A stretch of 64,000 bases of DNA from Clostridia bacterium (GTDB lineage: Bacteria; Bacillota; Clostridia; Oscillospirales; CAG-272): NCBI GenBank assembly GCA_017453255.1, contig JAFTKN010000010.1:3497-67496 (forward strand), given 5' to 3'. This document shows positions 10,438-18,995 of the stretch, in pieces. Below the pieces are notes generated by a model. It saw only the letters and a list, made by a program, of their open reading frames with translations. It searched no databases and was not told the DNA's origin. Position 1 is the first letter of the stretch. Each line of letters begins with the position of its first letter. The position numbers and the translations under genes are program-made.

Positions 10438-10869
10438 ACCCCAACTATTAGTCGTTGCTTTTGCTAGCCCTTTTTACTCCGTCTAGCAAATAGCCTCATT
10501 ATAGATTTGGAACGATAAATAGCTCTTTCCACAAACCAGAAACTTCTTGCTGATTGCTTAATCACCTGCACTTTTTAATTTGTATAAATACCTATTTCTT
10601 CGTTCTAAATTTGTGAACAATCTATGCCACACAATAGGCAAGTGAATTCCAATAGAGAAAGAGCAGATATATACTATTCCAAGCCTTTGTCTGTTGGGAT
10701 GTGCTGTCTATTATGCTTCATAGACGCGTTCAATCGGGTACAACGAGGCTAGTCCAGAAAAATTGTCAAAACCGTCCCGTCCTGTCCATTGTCTCCACCT
10801 CTCCAAACCACAAAATAGGCGACCCTGTGGTCAATTTCCAAAATTAAATATTTCACATGTGGTCAAAAA
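10438..10869 (+). repeat. Direct repeat, left copy (10438-10486 + 10750-10869), interrupted by a ~260-bp insert
   Basis: Matches 12824-12872 (2 mismatches in 49 bp) and 12880-13000 (about 120 bp, few mismatches). Confidence 0.9.
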
Positions 10870-10914
10870 GTCAATCCCCAAGATGTCGCCTAAAGCCTTT
10901 TGGGGATTGACTTT
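10867..10914. terminator. 15-bp perfect inverted repeat downstream of hipA
   Basis: AAAGTCAATCCCCAA (10867-10881) / TTGGGGATTGACTTT (10900-10914). Confidence 0.65.
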
Positions 10915-10923
10915 GTTTAATAT

Positions 10924-10959
10924 CAAACTCAAAATTTGCTATGCAGTAAGCAAAGAAAA
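10924..10959 (+). repeat. 30-36-bp module-boundary motif, copy 1
   Basis: CAAACTCAAAATTTGCTATGCAGTAAGCAAAGAAAA; other copies at 13234 and 14835. Confidence 0.8.
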
Positions 10960-10975
10960 GTGGTCAAATATTAAA

Positions 10976-12235
10976 TCAGCCACTATATTTTTCGCTCTCT
11001 CTAAACGCTGGACGCATATTTTCTATTTCGCCTCTGCTGAGCCCGTATTTTGTAGCAAGCGCTTCCCAGTTGTTTTTAACAGTTGTTAGTATATTAGAAG
11101 CATATTTATTTGCCGTATCCTCGTCAATGCCGTAGTGCTTTGCGGTTTCTATGGCAAGCTCAATGGAAATGGACGAGTCAGCTTCGTCAATACAAAGAGC
11201 AAGGTCGTTACCATATGGTACGGGATTTACATCGTAAAGAGGGGAGAGCTGCCAACCACCATTTACGAGAATAAATCCGTGATTGCGAAGATGGTCGTCT
11301 GTGTTTGAAATTGCCATACTGAAAACAATACGTTTCCATAGCTCAATAAGGTCTGTCTTAACATTTGTTCCGTACGCTTTTATAAAATCCACAATGTCAA
11401 GATAAGAGGCATCATGGTCTCCGTCCTGCTTGCCAAGCATAGTCATAGCAGAAGCAAAATGAACACGATTGTGACCGCCTCTATCAAAACGCTTTACTAA
11501 AAAGGTGCTTCCAAGAGTTGAGAATTTTTCAAGCTTTGATTCGGGAACATTCAAGCCACATAGTCTTGCAAGCTCGTGTGCAACCTTTTCCCATGCACCA
11601 ATATTTGAGGTGTCCTTGCGAGAAGGGAATTTTGCAATCCAAAGATTGCCGTCAGGGTCTTGTATGGTTGCCTTAGGACGAGCACCACCAAGAGAAGAGC
11701 CTGGACGAAGCAACTGATTGAGCCACTTGTCAATAAGAGCATTTTCGTCCTTCTCAAATTCACGAGACGCTTGCTCCAAGGTTCTAAGGGTTGCCCAAGG
11801 TGGAGCAGCAGTCTCCTTGTCATCAGAGAGAAAAGGTCCGCCATCCTCTAAAGCAAAACGCAAAGCACCCATTCTGCTTTCATCAAAAACTCCAAGTAAA
11901 TAATCACTGTCTAAAAGCTTGCTTGGCTTTCTGTCTTCCTTGTCAGCGTTAAGCTTCTCTCGACGCTCCATTAAAAGTCGTCCCCAACGGTCAGGGGAAG
12001 AGTCGGAAAAAATGCCAAAGCTCGATTTTCCGTGAGCAGGGAATTGCCTGCCCTTTATAAGAGATAAATCTGGGTCTATAATTAGCATTTGAGATGTAAT
12101 AGCATCAGTCAAAAAAGCAGGATCGAACTGGAAAGAAGAGTGCTCATTGCCACGAATGCTATCAATAAACAATGTGCCAATTTTTCTTGGAGAGTGCGAG
12201 CTCCAATTTTCATATACATATATTTTCTTTTCCAT
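10976..12235 (-). CDS. hipA: HipA-family serine/threonine kinase toxin
   Basis: GSSLGGARPKA, IAKFP, NTDDHLRNHGF, LSPLYDVNP kinase motifs. Confidence 0.9.
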   Translation of the reverse strand: MEKKIYVYENWSSHSPRKIGTLFIDSIRGNEHSSFQFDPAFLTDAITSQMLIIDPDLSLIKGRQFPAHGKSSFGIFSDSSPDRWGRLLMERREKLNADKEDRKPSKLLDSDYLLGVFDESRMGALRFALEDGGPFLSDDKETAAPPWATLRTLEQASREFEKDENALIDKWLNQLLRPGSSLGGARPKATIQDPDGNLWIAKFPSRKDTSNIGAWEKVAHELARLCGLNVPESKLEKFSTLGSTFLVKRFDRGGHNRVHFASAMTMLGKQDGDHDASYLDIVDFIKAYGTNVKTDLIELWKRIVFSMAISNTDDHLRNHGFILVNGGWQLSPLYDVNPVPYGNDLALCIDEADSSISIELAIETAKHYGIDEDTANKYASNILTTVKNNWEALATKYGLSRGEIENMRPAFRESEKYSG

Positions 12236-12249
12236 AGGTTATCTCCTTG

Positions 12250-12564
12250 TTACTTTTTAGGTGCACGGCGACGGACGGGTAGCTCAAGGTCTTGAAGCGT
12301 TCGCCCAAGTTCATCATCCTTTGCTATTAATAAGAAATCCGTATCCATATTTCCAAGTGCATGTAGAACAGCAGCGTAAATACCGATAGCGACAGAAGGA
12401 CTTCCTTTTTCAACATTCCATAGCGTAGCGCGACTAATGCCAGCGCGTTCGGCAACCAATTCTGCCGATAAACGTCTGCGTAGTCTTGCAAGCTTTATGT
12501 GTTCACCCATTTGTTCAAGTATCTCAGCGGTTTTTGGTAAAACTGTAACTCCTCGTTTGTTCAT
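12250..12564 (-). CDS. XRE HTH protein, HipB-like antitoxin
   Basis: IKLARLRRRLSAELVAERAGISRATLWNVEKG; directly upstream of hipA. Confidence 0.85.
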   Translation of the reverse strand: MNKRGVTVLPKTAEILEQMGEHIKLARLRRRLSAELVAERAGISRATLWNVEKGSPSVAIGIYAAVLHALGNMDTDFLLIAKDDELGRTLQDLELPVRRRAPKK

Positions 12565-12823
12565 AGTATATCCCTCCTAACATTTATTATTATAAACTAT
12601 TATTACGTTTTTGTCAATAATAATAAACATTATTCCTAAAAATTTCCTTCGCCCAACAAAGAAGAAACAAATGCAGCTTACTGTTTAGGGAAACACGCAA
12701 AAAATGTGTATTGTAGTAGACAGAAAATCGTCTTATCTAGTTTTTCTAGCACTGTTTAGTTTTTCTAGTCCGTTCTAGTCCAGAAATTTTTGCTGGATTT
12801 GCCAAAAAAATGCAAAATTATCT

Positions 12824-13000
12824 ACCCCAACTATTAGTCGTTGCTTTTTCTAGCCCTTTTTACTCCATCTAGACCTGTTTAGTCCAGAAAAATTGCCAAA
12901 ACCGTCCCGTCCTGTCCATTATCTCCACCTGCTCCAAACACCAAAATAGGCGATCCTGTGGTCAATTTTCAAAATTAAATATTTCACATGTGGTCAAAAA
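12824..13000 (+). repeat. Direct repeat, right copy (uninterrupted)
   Basis: Homologous to 10438-10486 and 10750-10869. Confidence 0.9.
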
Positions 13001-13233
13001 TCCAAATTCCCAACCACTCCCCAACTCACCTTCAAAATCCATACCACCAAATACTAACCCCACATTTCACAACTTACCAAATGTGGTCACCCTCACCAAG
13101 TTAAATATTCCAATTGTGGTCGCCACAAAACAGAGAACTCCCACACCGAAGCCACCATAACCATCCCAGCCCTCAAAGTTCTCCAATTTTAACTCTAATA
13201 ACTAGCTTTGTCAACCCACCTTGCAAAAAATCC

Positions 13234-13269
13234 CAAACTCAAAATTTGCCACGCAGTAACCAAAGAAAA
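13234..13269 (+). repeat. Module-boundary motif, copy 2
   Basis: CAAACTCAAAATTTGCCACGCAGTAACCAAAGAAAA. Confidence 0.8.
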
Positions 13270-13316
13270 ATCTTAAAATCAATTTGAAGCTACCCAAAAA
13301 GGATAGAGATAAATTA

Positions 13317-13345
13317 TTGACAGAGAGGCAATGATATGATACAAT
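13317..13345 (+). promoter_or_regulatory. SigA promoter with extended -10
   Basis: TTGACA-17 bp-TACAAT, with TG at the extended -10 position. Confidence 0.75.
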
Positions 13346-13351
13346 AGAATC

Positions 13352-13529
13352 ACAAGAAGGCGGTATGAGTACTTAAACGGCTGGACATAAAATAATAGCA
13401 TTTGACATTGACTATGCAAGTGGTTCATGTCAAATGATAGTGATTTATGTAACGCATTTTAAATATTTGTGCCCGATTGGAGCGCACGGGATATGTGGGC
13501 TTTGTCGGGCTATACTTATACCTTCTTGT
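13352..13529 (+). ncRNA. Putative structured leader RNA/ncRNA (~180 nt)
   Basis: 5' end (ACAAGAAG...GTATGAGTA) pairs with the 3' end (TACTTATAC-CTTCTTGT); internal hairpin ATTTGACAT/ATGTCAAAT with a GCAA loop; second arm GCCCGA/TCGGGC. Starts at the predicted TSS. Confidence 0.55.
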
Positions 13530-13560
13530 AGAATTTACTATAAGGAGGTTGTTTTTATTT

Positions 13561-14607
13561 ATGAACAACGATACACTAAACAAAATTCAAAATGACATCC
13601 AATATCCTTTTAGAAATCCTGATTTGTTACAACAGGCTTTTGTAAGACGTTCTTATTCAAAAGAGAATGGTGGCGAGGACAACGAAGTATTAGAATTTAT
13701 AGGAGATAAAGCACTAGACTTCGTTGTTGTAAAATTGTTAGCTGAAAAGTATGGTTCATTTGCAGAAGAATATGATGACTATAATCCAAATGAGGACTGG
13801 AATGAATTTGAGTCAGAGTATAGCGAAGGAAAGCTTACAGAACTAAAGAAAAAGCTTGTATGTCGTGAAATGTTGGCAAGTAGAATTCGTATGCTTGGCT
13901 TTCAGTATGAGCTAATTTTGGGAGAAGGCGACAAAGAACAAAACATACAAGACAAAGAGTCAGTTCAAGAAGATTTATTTGAGGCGATTATAGGCGCTGT
14001 AGCTCTTGATTCCAACTGGGATTTAGAAAAGCTATCAAATGTGGTTGATTTAATGTTAGATCCAGAGTTTTATTTGGAAAATGGATTTGATGACGAAGAT
14101 AATTATGTTGAATTGCTTCAACAGTGGTATCAAAAGAAACATCACCAAATTCCTGTATATTGTTTTAGAAACACAGGCGGATTTCCTTATTGCGGTAAAT
14201 ATGGAAAGTATGTTTGCGAATTAGGTTCTCCTATGGGCAAAGGATTTTGGGATGTTGGAGATACCAAGAGCGAAGCAAGAATGAAGGTTGCAAAACAAGC
14301 ATACGAATATCTTGAAGAAAACGATCTTTTGTACGATTGGATAGACGAAGTAGGAGAGCCTGAATTTGATAGAGCAATAAATCAACTTCAAGAACTTTAT
14401 CAAAAGGGATACATAGGTGAACCTCAATACGATTTTTCTGAATCATATGACGAAAATGGTAACCCAGTTTGGCACTGTGAGTGTTATGTAGAAGGATATG
14501 GATGCTATTATGATGATTTTTCATCAAAAAAATATGGAAAAAAATCACTTGCTTATGATATGCTTTGCGAAATCCTCGAATGGGAGGGCAAAGATGATGA
14601 GACTTAA
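13561..14607 (+). CDS. Accessory RNase III-family protein with two dsRBD-like domains
   Basis: NEVLEFIGD and EDLFEAIIGA catalytic motifs; two dsRBD-like units (YVELLQQW...TKSEARMKVAKQAYEYL; INQLQELYQK...SKKYGKKSLAYDML); AAGGAGG RBS before ATG 13561. Confidence 0.85.
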   Translation: MNNDTLNKIQNDIQYPFRNPDLLQQAFVRRSYSKENGGEDNEVLEFIGDKALDFVVVKLLAEKYGSFAEEYDDYNPNEDWNEFESEYSEGKLTELKKKLVCREMLASRIRMLGFQYELILGEGDKEQNIQDKESVQEDLFEAIIGAVALDSNWDLEKLSNVVDLMLDPEFYLENGFDDEDNYVELLQQWYQKKHHQIPVYCFRNTGGFPYCGKYGKYVCELGSPMGKGFWDVGDTKSEARMKVAKQAYEYLEENDLLYDWIDEVGEPEFDRAINQLQELYQKGYIGEPQYDFSESYDENGNPVWHCECYVEGYGCYYDDFSSKKYGKKSLAYDMLCEILEWEGKDDET

Positions 14608-14782
14608 AAAATTGCGTCTTGACAAGGGCGTAACACAACAAGAAGTGGCCAATGCAATAGGCTGTTCTGCTAACAACTATGCCCGTTACGAAAGAGAAGA
14701 AAGAGAACCAGATAATTATACTCTAAAACTGTTATCGAAATATTTTGGTGTTAGCATTGACTACATTCTATGCAATGATTGA
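14594..14782 (+). CDS. XRE HTH protein overlapping the RNase III stop
   Basis: RLKKLRLDKGVTQQEVANAIG...YEREEREP...FGVSIDYIL. Confidence 0.85.
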   Translation: MMRLKKLRLDKGVTQQEVANAIGCSANNYARYEREEREPDNYTLKLLSKYFGVSIDYILCND

Positions 14783-14834
14783 TACTGAATATCGATTTGA
14801 GTTTTCAGTCTGTAATTTAGCTTTTATATTTAGT

Positions 14835-14865
14835 TCAAAATGTGCTACGCAGTAAACAAAGAAAA
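14835..14865 (+). repeat. Module-boundary motif, copy 3
   Basis: TCAAAATGTGCTACGCAGTAAACAAAGAAAA. Confidence 0.75.
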
Positions 14866-15013
14866 CATAAAACTATGTCACATGGATTGACAGAATTAGA
14901 GATGGGTGTTATAATATCAATGCCTAGCATACTCGTATACAAATCTCCTTTGCACCTTTACCATTAACCTGTAAGGGCATCTCGTATTTCGAGAAATTTA
15001 TGCCCCGAGGAGA

Positions 15014-15310
15014 ATGTCAATGACTACAAGACGCGAGCTTGAGGTTTTGATGAAGCTTTTGATGAAAAAGGCGAAAGCTAAGTATGGTTCTTTAGAAAAG
15101 ATAAGCTGGAAAACAGGCATATCTACTAAGAGCCTTCATAGGTACGAAATAGGTGAAGTATTGCCTTCACTTGAAACGTACGCAATGCTATGCGAGTGCA
15201 TAGGTGGTCGCTGTTACTCTGAAAAGAGTGACAGCGACCTTATTTTTTGCAAAAAAATCAAACAATCGGTCAGGTTTGTCCAAACTATTGAAAAGATGCC
15301 GAAGCGGTGA
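15014..15310 (+). CDS. XRE HTH protein
   Basis: SLEKISWKTGISTKSLHRYEIGEVLPSLET. Confidence 0.65.
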   Translation: MSMTTRRELEVLMKLLMKKAKAKYGSLEKISWKTGISTKSLHRYEIGEVLPSLETYAMLCECIGGRCYSEKSDSDLIFCKKIKQSVRFVQTIEKMPKR

Positions 15311-15486
15311 TATCATAAATATGGCAAGACTGCGAAAAGTTATGATAAACTTGTCAACGACTAAACTGGCACAAAACTATTGTAATTACATGAAAACACC
15401 CCATAAATCGACAACAACTCTTGCAACCAAGTATTTATTATGTTATAATATTCTTGTATAATTATAAATTGGCAAGGAGAATTATT

Positions 15487-15681
15487 ATGCAAGAGATTAA
15501 CCAATCGCCTGAACGCTGGTATTCGACAAAGGAGATTTGTGTTTATTTGGGCGTCAGTCGTGATACAGTACTTACATGGATAGCTGAAAAAGGATTGCCG
15601 GCACATAAAGTTGGACGAAATTGGAAATTTAAGCCGAGCGAAGTGGATGAATGGGTAAAAGCTGGAAAGGCGTCGGTGTGA
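15487..15681 (+). CDS. Excisionase-like (MerR/HTH_17) DNA-binding protein
   Basis: WYSTKEICVYLGVSRDTVLTWI...LPAHKVGRNWKF; AAGGAG RBS; first gene of the defence operon. Confidence 0.85.
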   Translation: MQEINQSPERWYSTKEICVYLGVSRDTVLTWIAEKGLPAHKVGRNWKFKPSEVDEWVKAGKASV

Positions 15682-15684
15682 GCA

Positions 15685-16923
15685 ATGAATTATATTGATT
15701 TGTTTGCTGGCGCAGGTGGCTTATCAGAAGGCTTCATTCAAGCGGGATTTGAACCTGTTGCCCATATCGAAATGAACAAGGATGCTTCTGATACATTGAA
15801 AACAAGAACGTGCTATCATTACTTGAGAGCAAATGGCAATTTAAGGAATTACAAAAGATATCTACAAGGCAGAATAACAAGAGAGCAATTGTATGCTTTA
15901 GTTCCAGCTGAAGAATTAAATTCAGTTTTAAATGTTGAAATATCAGAGAAAACAATAAACGGTATTTTTGATGATGTAGACGAGCTTCTTGCGAGAAAAG
16001 CCGATTGGAATAATGAAGTAGATGTTATCGTTGGTGGACCTCCGTGCCAAGCATATTCTTTGATAGGACGAGCTGTTAAAGATGACAACATGGTAGGAGA
16101 TCCCAGAAATTTCTTATATAAGATGTACTGTAGATTTTTGAATAGATACCGCCCCAAAATGTTTGTTTTTGAAAATGTACCCGGTTTAAAAACAGCGAAA
16201 AAGGGAGAATATTTTAGAAATTTACAAACTTATATGAAGCATGTGGGATATCGCATAGAAGCAAGAGATTTAAATGCGTGTGAATATGGTGTTTTGCAAA
16301 GCAGAAAAAGAGTAATTATTGTAGGTTGGAGAAACGATTTGGATCTTGGATTTCCAAACTTAGCGGCTGTTGCTCACAATTATACAGTGAATGACATTTT
16401 GTATGATTTGAGGGCTATCGAGCCGGGTAAAGAGGATAATAGATATAAACCTGTTAAAAGAAGTCCTTATTTAGGTGCTTTTGGCATTAGAGATAATGAT
16501 GATGTTCTAACTTGGCATGTTGCTCGACCTCATATTGATAGAGATAGAAAAATATATAGAAAAGCGATAGAGTTATGGAATGATGGACACAAACGCTTGA
16601 ACTATAAGAGTTTGCCCAAAAAATTAAGAACACATAAAAATGTAACCGCCTTTCTTGACAGATTTAAGGTTGTAGAAGGCGACACGGCTACTTGCCATAC
16701 AATGATGGCACACATATCAAAAGATGGACATTATTTTATCCATCCAGATATTAATCAAGCAAGATCAATAACAGTGCGAGAAGCGGCAAGAATACAGTCG
16801 TTCCCTGACAATTATTATTTTGAAGGAAGCAGAACAGCCGCTTTCACACAAATAGGAAATGCGGTGCCACCTTTAATGGCGCAAGCAATAGCAACAGGAA
16901 TCAGAAATTTATTGGAGAATTAA
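15685..16923 (+). CDS. DNA cytosine-5 methyltransferase (DrmMII-like position)
   Basis: DLFAGAGG, GGPPCQ, FENV, QSRKR, QIGNAV motifs. Confidence 0.95.
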   Translation: MNYIDLFAGAGGLSEGFIQAGFEPVAHIEMNKDASDTLKTRTCYHYLRANGNLRNYKRYLQGRITREQLYALVPAEELNSVLNVEISEKTINGIFDDVDELLARKADWNNEVDVIVGGPPCQAYSLIGRAVKDDNMVGDPRNFLYKMYCRFLNRYRPKMFVFENVPGLKTAKKGEYFRNLQTYMKHVGYRIEARDLNACEYGVLQSRKRVIIVGWRNDLDLGFPNLAAVAHNYTVNDILYDLRAIEPGKEDNRYKPVKRSPYLGAFGIRDNDDVLTWHVARPHIDRDRKIYRKAIELWNDGHKRLNYKSLPKKLRTHKNVTAFLDRFKVVEGDTATCHTMMAHISKDGHYFIHPDINQARSITVREAARIQSFPDNYYFEGSRTAAFTQIGNAVPPLMAQAIATGIRNLLEN

Positions 16924-16925
16924 TA

Positions 16926-18980
16926 ATGAGTAAAGACATTACAATAAACGAGTTTTATGGGAAGTTTAGTGAAGAAATAGCTGTGGCACAAGATGCCGAG
17001 ACATTTGGCTGGGAGCCACGAGATTTCTTCACAGCTGTTATGCTTGGTTATTTGGAAGAAGCAGGTGTGATCGAAGATCCTATAATTTGTCCTTTTAAAG
17101 TAAGCGGTTTACAAATGAACGCTTATCATATTTCTGAATCATTTGAAGAGGTTGATATTTTTGTTAGTGTGTATAATGCAAATGAAACTCTTTCATCAGT
17201 TTCAAGAACAGATATTGATGCTGCTATAAAAAGAGCTATTCAACTTTATAGAAGAGCAATAAGCGATTTGTATATATCATTTGAAAAAGATAGTGATACT
17301 TATGAATTTGCCATAACATTACATAACGCAAGAGAAAAAATAAAAAAAGTCAGAATTATTGCATTAACAAATGGAATAGTGAAAGCTATTCCGTTTGAAA
17401 AAATTGATTTGGCGGGAGTTGAAGTATCTTTTTCTGTTTGGGATATCGATAGGCTTTATCGCTGTACGACATCTGGTAAAATGAGAGAAACAATTGAAAT
17501 TGATTTTCTTTCATCGTATGGTGTGACGATTCCCTGCATTGAAAATGCCACGTCCAATGTATATAGTGTATATCTTGCAATTCTTAACGGCGAACTGTTG
17601 GCACGCATTTATGAAGAACACGGTCCTAGATTACTCGAGAGAAATGTTAGGTCTTTTTTACAAGTGAAAGGTGCTGTAAATAAAGGTATAAGAGATACTT
17701 TAAGAGATGAGCCGGATATGTTCCTTGCTTACAACAACGGAATAAGTGTAACCGCGGAAAGCGTTGATGTAGTTCGTGATGATAGCGGAAAAACTTCAAT
17801 CAAGAAAATTCGCGATATGCAGATTGTTAACGGAGGTCAAACAACTGCTTCTATATATAACGCTTGGAAGGATAAAAAGCTAGATGTAGATCTAAGCAAA
17901 GTGTTTGTGCAGATGAAGCTGTCTGTGATAAGTACATCATCTGCTATGGATGAAATTGTGCCAAAGATATCTGCGTTTGCAAATACTCAGAATAAAATCC
18001 AGATGGCGGACTTTTCTGCAAACGATCCGTTTCACAGGAAAATTGAAGAACTCTCTCGTATCACTTGGGCACCTGCTCAAGGAGGTCAAAAACCTCACAA
18101 TTGGTTCTACGAAAGAGCAAGAGGACAATATGCTGATATGCTTTCAAAGGAAACAACTCCACTAAGAAGAAAGGCATACAAAGAAACTCATCCATTGTTC
18201 ACAAAAACTGATTTGGCAAAATATGAGAATTCGTGGGATCAAATACCATATTGGGTGAGCGAAGGCGCTCAAAAGAACTTTAAAAAATTTACCATTCGCT
18301 TGGCAGAACGCGGAAATTTTATTCCTGATGCAAAATATTACGAGAGATTAATAGCCAAAGCAATTTTGTTCCGTAGAACGGAAAAACTTGTACAGCAACA
18401 GCAATATGGTGGATATCGTGCGAATATAGTTACCTACACAATTGCATATCTGTCTTATGCCACGGGACAAAGAATAGATCTTGATACTATATGGAAGAAC
18501 CAATCTTTGTCACCAGCACTTGAAGAAAACATAATTGAAGTATCAAAGTTTGTGCAACAGATTATCGTTAACCCTCCGGGAGGGGCGAATGTAGGAGAAT
18601 GGTGCAAAAAACAACAATGCTGGAGCGCGATTAAGGAGTATGATTACAAAATAACAGATGGATTACAAGCCGAGCTTGCTGATCCATCGGATAAATTAAA
18701 TGTGGTTTCTTCTTCTGGACAAGCATCGACTTCCTCACTTAATGTTGCTACTGTTGAGGAAATAACTGTTATTGACAGAGTATATGAAATACCAGCGGCA
18801 GAGTGGTTTTTGCTTGTAAAATGGGCGAAAGAAACTAATAATTTCCAAGGATGGCAAAGGAGCATATTGTTTACTGTAGCACAATTGATTGCAAGAAAAC
18901 ATAAGCCATCATACAAGCAAGCGATTCATGCTATGAAATTATACGAAGAAGCTATTGATAAGGGGTTTAATAAATTTTAA
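16926..18980 (+). CDS. AIPR-family protein
   Basis: LLERNVRSFLQ, FLAYNNGI, QIVNGGQTT, NTQN and WFYERARGQY motifs. Confidence 0.9.
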   Translation: MSKDITINEFYGKFSEEIAVAQDAETFGWEPRDFFTAVMLGYLEEAGVIEDPIICPFKVSGLQMNAYHISESFEEVDIFVSVYNANETLSSVSRTDIDAAIKRAIQLYRRAISDLYISFEKDSDTYEFAITLHNAREKIKKVRIIALTNGIVKAIPFEKIDLAGVEVSFSVWDIDRLYRCTTSGKMRETIEIDFLSSYGVTIPCIENATSNVYSVYLAILNGELLARIYEEHGPRLLERNVRSFLQVKGAVNKGIRDTLRDEPDMFLAYNNGISVTAESVDVVRDDSGKTSIKKIRDMQIVNGGQTTASIYNAWKDKKLDVDLSKVFVQMKLSVISTSSAMDEIVPKISAFANTQNKIQMADFSANDPFHRKIEELSRITWAPAQGGQKPHNWFYERARGQYADMLSKETTPLRRKAYKETHPLFTKTDLAKYENSWDQIPYWVSEGAQKNFKKFTIRLAERGNFIPDAKYYERLIAKAILFRRTEKLVQQQQYGGYRANIVTYTIAYLSYATGQRIDLDTIWKNQSLSPALEENIIEVSKFVQQIIVNPPGGANVGEWCKKQQCWSAIKEYDYKITDGLQAELADPSDKLNVVSSSGQASTSSLNVATVEEITVIDRVYEIPAAEWFLLVKWAKETNNFQGWQRSILFTVAQLIARKHKPSYKQAIHAMKLYEEAIDKGFNKF

Positions 18981-18995
18981 CAAGGAGGAAATGTT

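Noticed and set aside
10494-10745. Possible transposase remnant within the ~260-bp insert
   Set aside because: All frames contain stops and I could not recognise a transposase motif.
10763-11089. 108-aa ORF across the repeat region and hipA 3' end
   Set aside because: Lies in repeated intergenic DNA and antisense to hipA; no RBS or domain.
12720-12800. Short CTAG-containing repeats (TAGTTTTTCTAG, CTAGTCC) considered as a CRISPR or type III antitoxin array
   Set aside because: Irregular spacing, no unique spacers, no cas or ToxN-like gene; likely decayed pieces of the direct repeat.
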